Shown: piece by piece, positions 34,915 to 38,629 of the stretch
Layout: the number at the start of each line of letters is the position of its first letter
How positions within the stretch are numbered: position 1 is the first letter of the stretch
Virus record (IMG/VR): IMGVR_UViG_3300047282_000302
Coordinates: 1-38,629 of that record
Length of the DNA: 38,629 nucleotides
Direction: 5' to 3' (one strand)
DNA from: a virus
Taxonomy: Duplodnaviria > Caudoviricetes
Position numbers and translations under genes: made by a program
The notes under the pieces: model-generated
Told to the model about the DNA's origin: nothing
What the model saw: only the letters and a program-made list of their open reading frames with translations
Databases searched by the model: none

Positions 34915-35859
34915 CTATTGTAGCATAGATAATATTGATTTGTCAAATTGATACTCTAATTCTGTAATTGCATCATCTGTCATATCGCCTATATCTTTAT
35001 ATTGTTTATTTAGTTGTATTACGCTAACACGTGAGCCAAGTCTTTCTAGAATTCGCTCTTTCATATTACCGCCTGCTTCATCGTTATCAGCAATAACAAT
35101 TATGTTATTAAAGTATTTTTGAAGCAATTCTATTTGTGTATTTGACACATTTGCTCCGAGTGTTGCAACTGCTGGAAATCCAACCTGGTCTAATCTAATT
35201 GCGTCAAATGATGACTCAACAACATAGACCCTGTCTGCAGTCTTTACTCTATTTAAATTAAATAATGTTTTTGATTTTGGAAGTCCTGGAGTATTTTTAA
35301 ATTCTTTACCCTCTACAGATCTTCCAACAAATCCTATTGGCATTCCGTCTGGACTATGTACTGGAACAGTAACCATGTCTTGCTTCTCTGAATATCCAAG
35401 ATAAAACTTCTTACACGAACCAATATTAATCTTGCGAGAATTAAAATAATCTAATGCCCTACTTGAATTAATTAGATTATCATGTAATCTTGATATTACC
35501 AACTCATCAAATGGTACGAAGTCTGGTTTAACATACAAAGCCTGATTAACTTCTTTTTCTAAATTAGTTTCTGTTTCCTTGCTTTTTACAAACCTGATTG
35601 CCTCAAAATATGTTCTTCCAGATGTATGCATAACTAGTTCTGTTAAATCTGCTATGTGGTGACAAGAAAAACAGAAAAACTTACCAGTTTTTTTATCTAC
35701 TTCTCCAGCAGGAGTTCTTGAGTTAGAGTGAAATGGACAAAATATAATATAGTCAGAGTCAACCTCAGACTCTACAGTTATTCCTGAACCTGAGAGTACT
35801 CGCTTGATTTGCTCTTTTGTATATATATCGGTTTGGCTTCGTCTATTCCTAGTATCCAT
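34915..35859 (-). CDS. dnaG: DNA primase
   Basis: CHC2 zinc finger 'CPFH..CFSC', TOPRIM 'VVESSFD..DNDEAG..KDIGD'. Confidence 0.93.
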   Translation of the reverse strand: MDTRNRRSQTDIYTKEQIKRVLSGSGITVESEVDSDYIIFCPFHSNSRTPAGEVDKKTGKFFCFSCHHIADLTELVMHTSGRTYFEAIRFVKSKETETNLEKEVNQALYVKPDFVPFDELVISRLHDNLINSSRALDYFNSRKINIGSCKKFYLGYSEKQDMVTVPVHSPDGMPIGFVGRSVEGKEFKNTPGLPKSKTLFNLNRVKTADRVYVVESSFDAIRLDQVGFPAVATLGANVSNTQIELLQKYFNNIIVIADNDEAGGNMKERILERLGSRVSVIQLNKQYKDIGDMTDDAITELEYQFDKSILSMLQ

Positions 35860-36104
35860 TCGCTCTGTTTTCTTCCTGTGTATATTCCGTGTACTGTTAA
35901 TTCAAATTCAAAATATTTCTTTTGTTCATTATAGTCTATCGTAAAGTCTGGCTCAATATCAAATCTTGGGACATAGCCAGATAATCGCATCTCTGATACG
36001 AGCAGCCTGATATATTCTCCCTTAAGTCTACCAATAGCGGATTCATCGTGGATTACTCCATCTAAACCAAACTTCTTGATAGGCTTGTGATGATAATTTG
36101 CCAT
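35778..36104 (-). CDS. Hypothetical protein, leaderless
   Basis: TATAAT 7 nt before the ATG. Confidence 0.65.
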   Translation of the reverse strand: MANYHHKPIKKFGLDGVIHDESAIGRLKGEYIRLLVSEMRLSGYVPRFDIEPDFTIDYNEQKKYFEFELTVHGIYTGRKQSEWILGIDEAKPIYIQKSKSSEYSQVQE

Positions 36105-36127
36105 AGAATATATTATAATGAATTATA

Positions 36128-37345
36128 TTAATTTTCGTAGTCCTTATATCTATAGTATCCTTTGTCAAAGTCTACCTGGACCAAAAACTCGCCCATAAAC
36201 CCATTTCTATTTTTACGAAATACGCATTCAATAATGTCACTGTTTGGACCACGACCCAAGGCAAGCACCCAATCTGCATCATATGCAATCTGTCTTGACC
36301 ATGCTGTTTGACCCAAGGTTGGAACCGTATCAAGTTTTGTAACATCGTCTGGGGTAGCAGAAGAAATAGCAATAATAGGAACCTCTTCTGCAATAGCCAT
36401 TAGTTTAAGTTCACGTGAAAGGTTTTTCATACGAACAGTTTCATTGTCAGACTTTTGATTCGGGGACATTAGTTGTAGATAGTCTACAATAACAAAGTCA
36501 GGCTTATACTGATCGATCTTTCCACGCAATACTGATGGAGTGATATCTCCACCACTATCATTTGAAATAATATGGAACTCTGGTCTACCTGCCAAATTTT
36601 TAGCATGCCACTGTTTAAGCATATCTATTTCAACTTGACCAGAACTAAGTTTTCTATGAGACCATAGCCCTTCACCCATGATTGCAAAAACACGATTACG
36701 CACTTCTGTCTCACTCATTTCTAAAGAAATAATAAGTGGAGACTTTCCTTGCTTCCATGCCTGTACAGCAAAATAAAGTGATAGCCAAGACTTACCAATA
36801 CCAGGATATGCCAAAAAGACACCTAGTTGTCCTGGCATAATTCCAGCAGGAAGATAGTTGTCAAATCCTGGCAAGCCAGTCTTAATTCCAACTGAACCTA
36901 GTTCTTGTTGCTTTTTTACATTTTCAAAATATCCAATTGCAGAATCTAAATCAGTTACATCTATATCTCTGATTGCTGCTGTATTCTTTTTTAATTCTGA
37001 TGTTTTTGTTATTAAAGATTCTAAAGCCTCTACGCCAAGACCACTTTGAACCTCGGATGCTGTAGATCTTAGAATGTCTTTTAAACTATCATTTAAATAT
37101 TCTGTTTGTAACTCATCTAGGTGGTGCTTAGTTGCCCCTATATCCTTAATTGGAACAAAGTCTCTAAATTTTTCTACGACCAAACTTTCTGGTGGAACTG
37201 CTCCATTTGTTTCTGAATATCTTCTAATAAATTGCCAAATATCATTATGAGTTCTTAATAAATTTTCAACATTTGCTTGTAACAAAACATGGATTTGCTT
37301 ATCATTCAATACGGCAGAAATTAGTTTAGCCTCAGTACTATTCAC
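36128..37345 (-). CDS. dnaB: Replicative DNA helicase (DnaB-like)
   Basis: 'AYPGIGKS', 'SLEMS', 'IVDYLQLM', 'SRELK', 'YDAD', 'KNRNG'. Confidence 0.95.
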   Translation of the reverse strand: MNSTEAKLISAVLNDKQIHVLLQANVENLLRTHNDIWQFIRRYSETNGAVPPESLVVEKFRDFVPIKDIGATKHHLDELQTEYLNDSLKDILRSTASEVQSGLGVEALESLITKTSELKKNTAAIRDIDVTDLDSAIGYFENVKKQQELGSVGIKTGLPGFDNYLPAGIMPGQLGVFLAYPGIGKSWLSLYFAVQAWKQGKSPLIISLEMSETEVRNRVFAIMGEGLWSHRKLSSGQVEIDMLKQWHAKNLAGRPEFHIISNDSGGDITPSVLRGKIDQYKPDFVIVDYLQLMSPNQKSDNETVRMKNLSRELKLMAIAEEVPIIAISSATPDDVTKLDTVPTLGQTAWSRQIAYDADWVLALGRGPNSDIIECVFRKNRNGFMGEFLVQVDFDKGYYRYKDYEN

Positions 37346-37646
37346 TTAACCACTTCCTTGCCATCTGTCTACGCTCTTCTCTTTCTCTTTTATCTTGCTC
37401 TATTTGCTGTCTTTTATCAATTATAGCATCAGCATAATTTACAAAGTATTTCCAATTTGGTTCGGATGCTGTTTCAAAATAGTATGCTAAAAGATCATAG
37501 CATGCAGCAATACCATATGACTCAACAAGCGCATCGGCAGCCCATTGTTCTACATTGAGATTGAGAGAGGGCTTCTGCTCATATCGTTGAGTATATAACT
37601 TGCTATAACGACTAAGCAAAGCCATTCGGTCTTTGCGTTCTGCCAT
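37338..37646 (-). CDS. Hypothetical protein (possible helicase accessory factor)
   Basis: Coupled directly upstream of dnaB; function is a guess from position only. Confidence 0.6.
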   Translation of the reverse strand: MAERKDRMALLSRYSKLYTQRYEQKPSLNLNVEQWAADALVESYGIAACYDLLAYYFETASEPNWKYFVNYADAIIDKRQQIEQDKREREERRQMARKWLSE

Positions 37647-37858
37647 TACTGTTCGTCTAACTCAGACTTTGCTTCTGCTATTTTTTCTGTAAGTTTATCT
37701 TCAACAAATTTATAAACTCGTTCAAAAGCCTGATCAATATTTTCTCCCTCACGCTTTGAATCAATAATTCCCAAATCAAGTCTTAGTGACTGAAAGTTAC
37801 CAAGATTAAGGGTATAGCCTAATGTTACGTTTACTTTTGTAGAATCGTTTTCTATCAT
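37646..37858 (-). CDS. Hypothetical phage protein
   Basis: 'VTLGYTLNLGNFQSLRLD'; GGAGG RBS; promoter TTGACA-17-TACCAT at 37881-37909. Confidence 0.7.
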   Translation of the reverse strand: MIENDSTKVNVTLGYTLNLGNFQSLRLDLGIIDSKREGENIDQAFERVYKFVEDKLTEKIAEAKSELDEQ

Positions 37859-37923
37859 TTATTCCTCCGTTGTATACAATATGGTATCAAATTGTTCTAT
37901 GCTTGTCAAGCCACTGTATTAAA

Positions 37924-38466
37924 TTATATGCTTTCTGACCAAACTGGTATAAATCTTCCATCTTCTGTTCTTGTATATGTAATTATACCACTGCCCATTC
38001 TTCTAGTCAACTCTGCTTTGCTAGGCGTAATATCGTTTGTAACTAATTTATCTTTTCTTGGTCTGCCTATATGATATGTTGCAAGAATATCTCTAATTTC
38101 AAAAACCTGTGATTCGGAATAATATGACCTTACCTGCCAACCTCTTGCACCACCTTTTTGAGATCCCATTGGAAATGGTATAATTCCACGTTTCATTAAT
38201 GATGGCATATATTTTTTATGTCTATTAACTAAATCAGCAGTTTCACCTACAGTAAAGGCACGTTCACGATGCTTTTTAAAATCAGAAATCAAACAACTCT
38301 CAATTCTATCTTTAGTAATGTTATAAAGAGACATAACACTATTTGATCTATTAATATGATGTATTCTTACAAGATCACCATTTAAAAACCAAACCTTTTT
38401 ATTTCCAGGTATTACAGGGGCGAGATTGTACTCTTCGCTAGAGACTTTTCCTTTTCTAGAAGCCAT
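37924..38466 (-). CDS. MerR-like HTH DNA-binding protein
   Basis: 'FTVGETADLVNRH..RGIIP..RSYYSESQV.EIR'. Confidence 0.65.
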   Translation of the reverse strand: MASRKGKVSSEEYNLAPVIPGNKKVWFLNGDLVRIHHINRSNSVMSLYNITKDRIESCLISDFKKHRERAFTVGETADLVNRHKKYMPSLMKRGIIPFPMGSQKGGARGWQVRSYYSESQVFEIRDILATYHIGRPRKDKLVTNDITPSKAELTRRMGSGIITYTRTEDGRFIPVWSESI

Positions 38467-38603
38467 TGCCCCTCCGAAGACTGACTAGGTGGATGGAAGA
38501 ACCTTCTTGACCCACAATATAAACAATAAACTTCAAGATGATCTACCTTGCTATACTGTCTGTCAACAAACATTCTCTTTTTGCATTTTTGACATACAAT
38601 CAT
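38412..38603 (-). CDS. Zinc-ribbon protein
   Basis: CQKC...CLYCG. Confidence 0.65.
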   Translation of the reverse strand: MIVCQKCKKRMFVDRQYSKVDHLEVYCLYCGSRRFFHPPSQSSEGQWLLEKEKSLAKSTISPL

Positions 38604-38629
38604 TAATTAGGTATACCAACAATTATAAG

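Noticed and set aside
24471-37345. Inteins or introns in terL, recA, dnaE, dnaB
   Set aside because: Protein lengths are normal, with no intein motifs or frame interruptions.

Overview
AT-rich fragment of a large lytic tailed dsDNA phage (Caudoviricetes) that almost certainly infects Actinomycetota, most plausibly freshwater acI/Nanopelagicales. Host clues are WhiB, FdxA, bS22, a short-variable-arm tRNA-Leu(UAA) and acI-like secreted proteins. The right half (24.5-38.6 kb, minus strand) is core machinery: terminase, RuvC-like and Hjc-like resolvases, Cas4-like nuclease, RecA, MazG, DnaE, SSB, primase and DnaB. The left half is accessory: a 7-tRNA array, a BcbE/BcbF-like nucleotidyltransferase-HAD/cupin/GDPD module, four glycosyltransferases (two GT60-like, one GT61, one GT-A), 2OG-Fe(II) oxygenases, an APS kinase-nucleotidyltransferase fusion, thioredoxin, Hsp20, ferredoxin, proteases, lysis genes and host-like surface proteins. 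Highlights not in the ORF track: a 31-aa phage-encoded ribosomal protein bS22 (5787-5882), a multi-pseudoknot candidate ncRNA inside the tRNA array (1248-1388), a promoter-linked 78-nt three-way-junction RNA next to an HNH gene (8088-8165), a probable AUU-initiated surface protein and widespread leaderless genes. All family assignments come from recognising motifs by eye; no searches were run.
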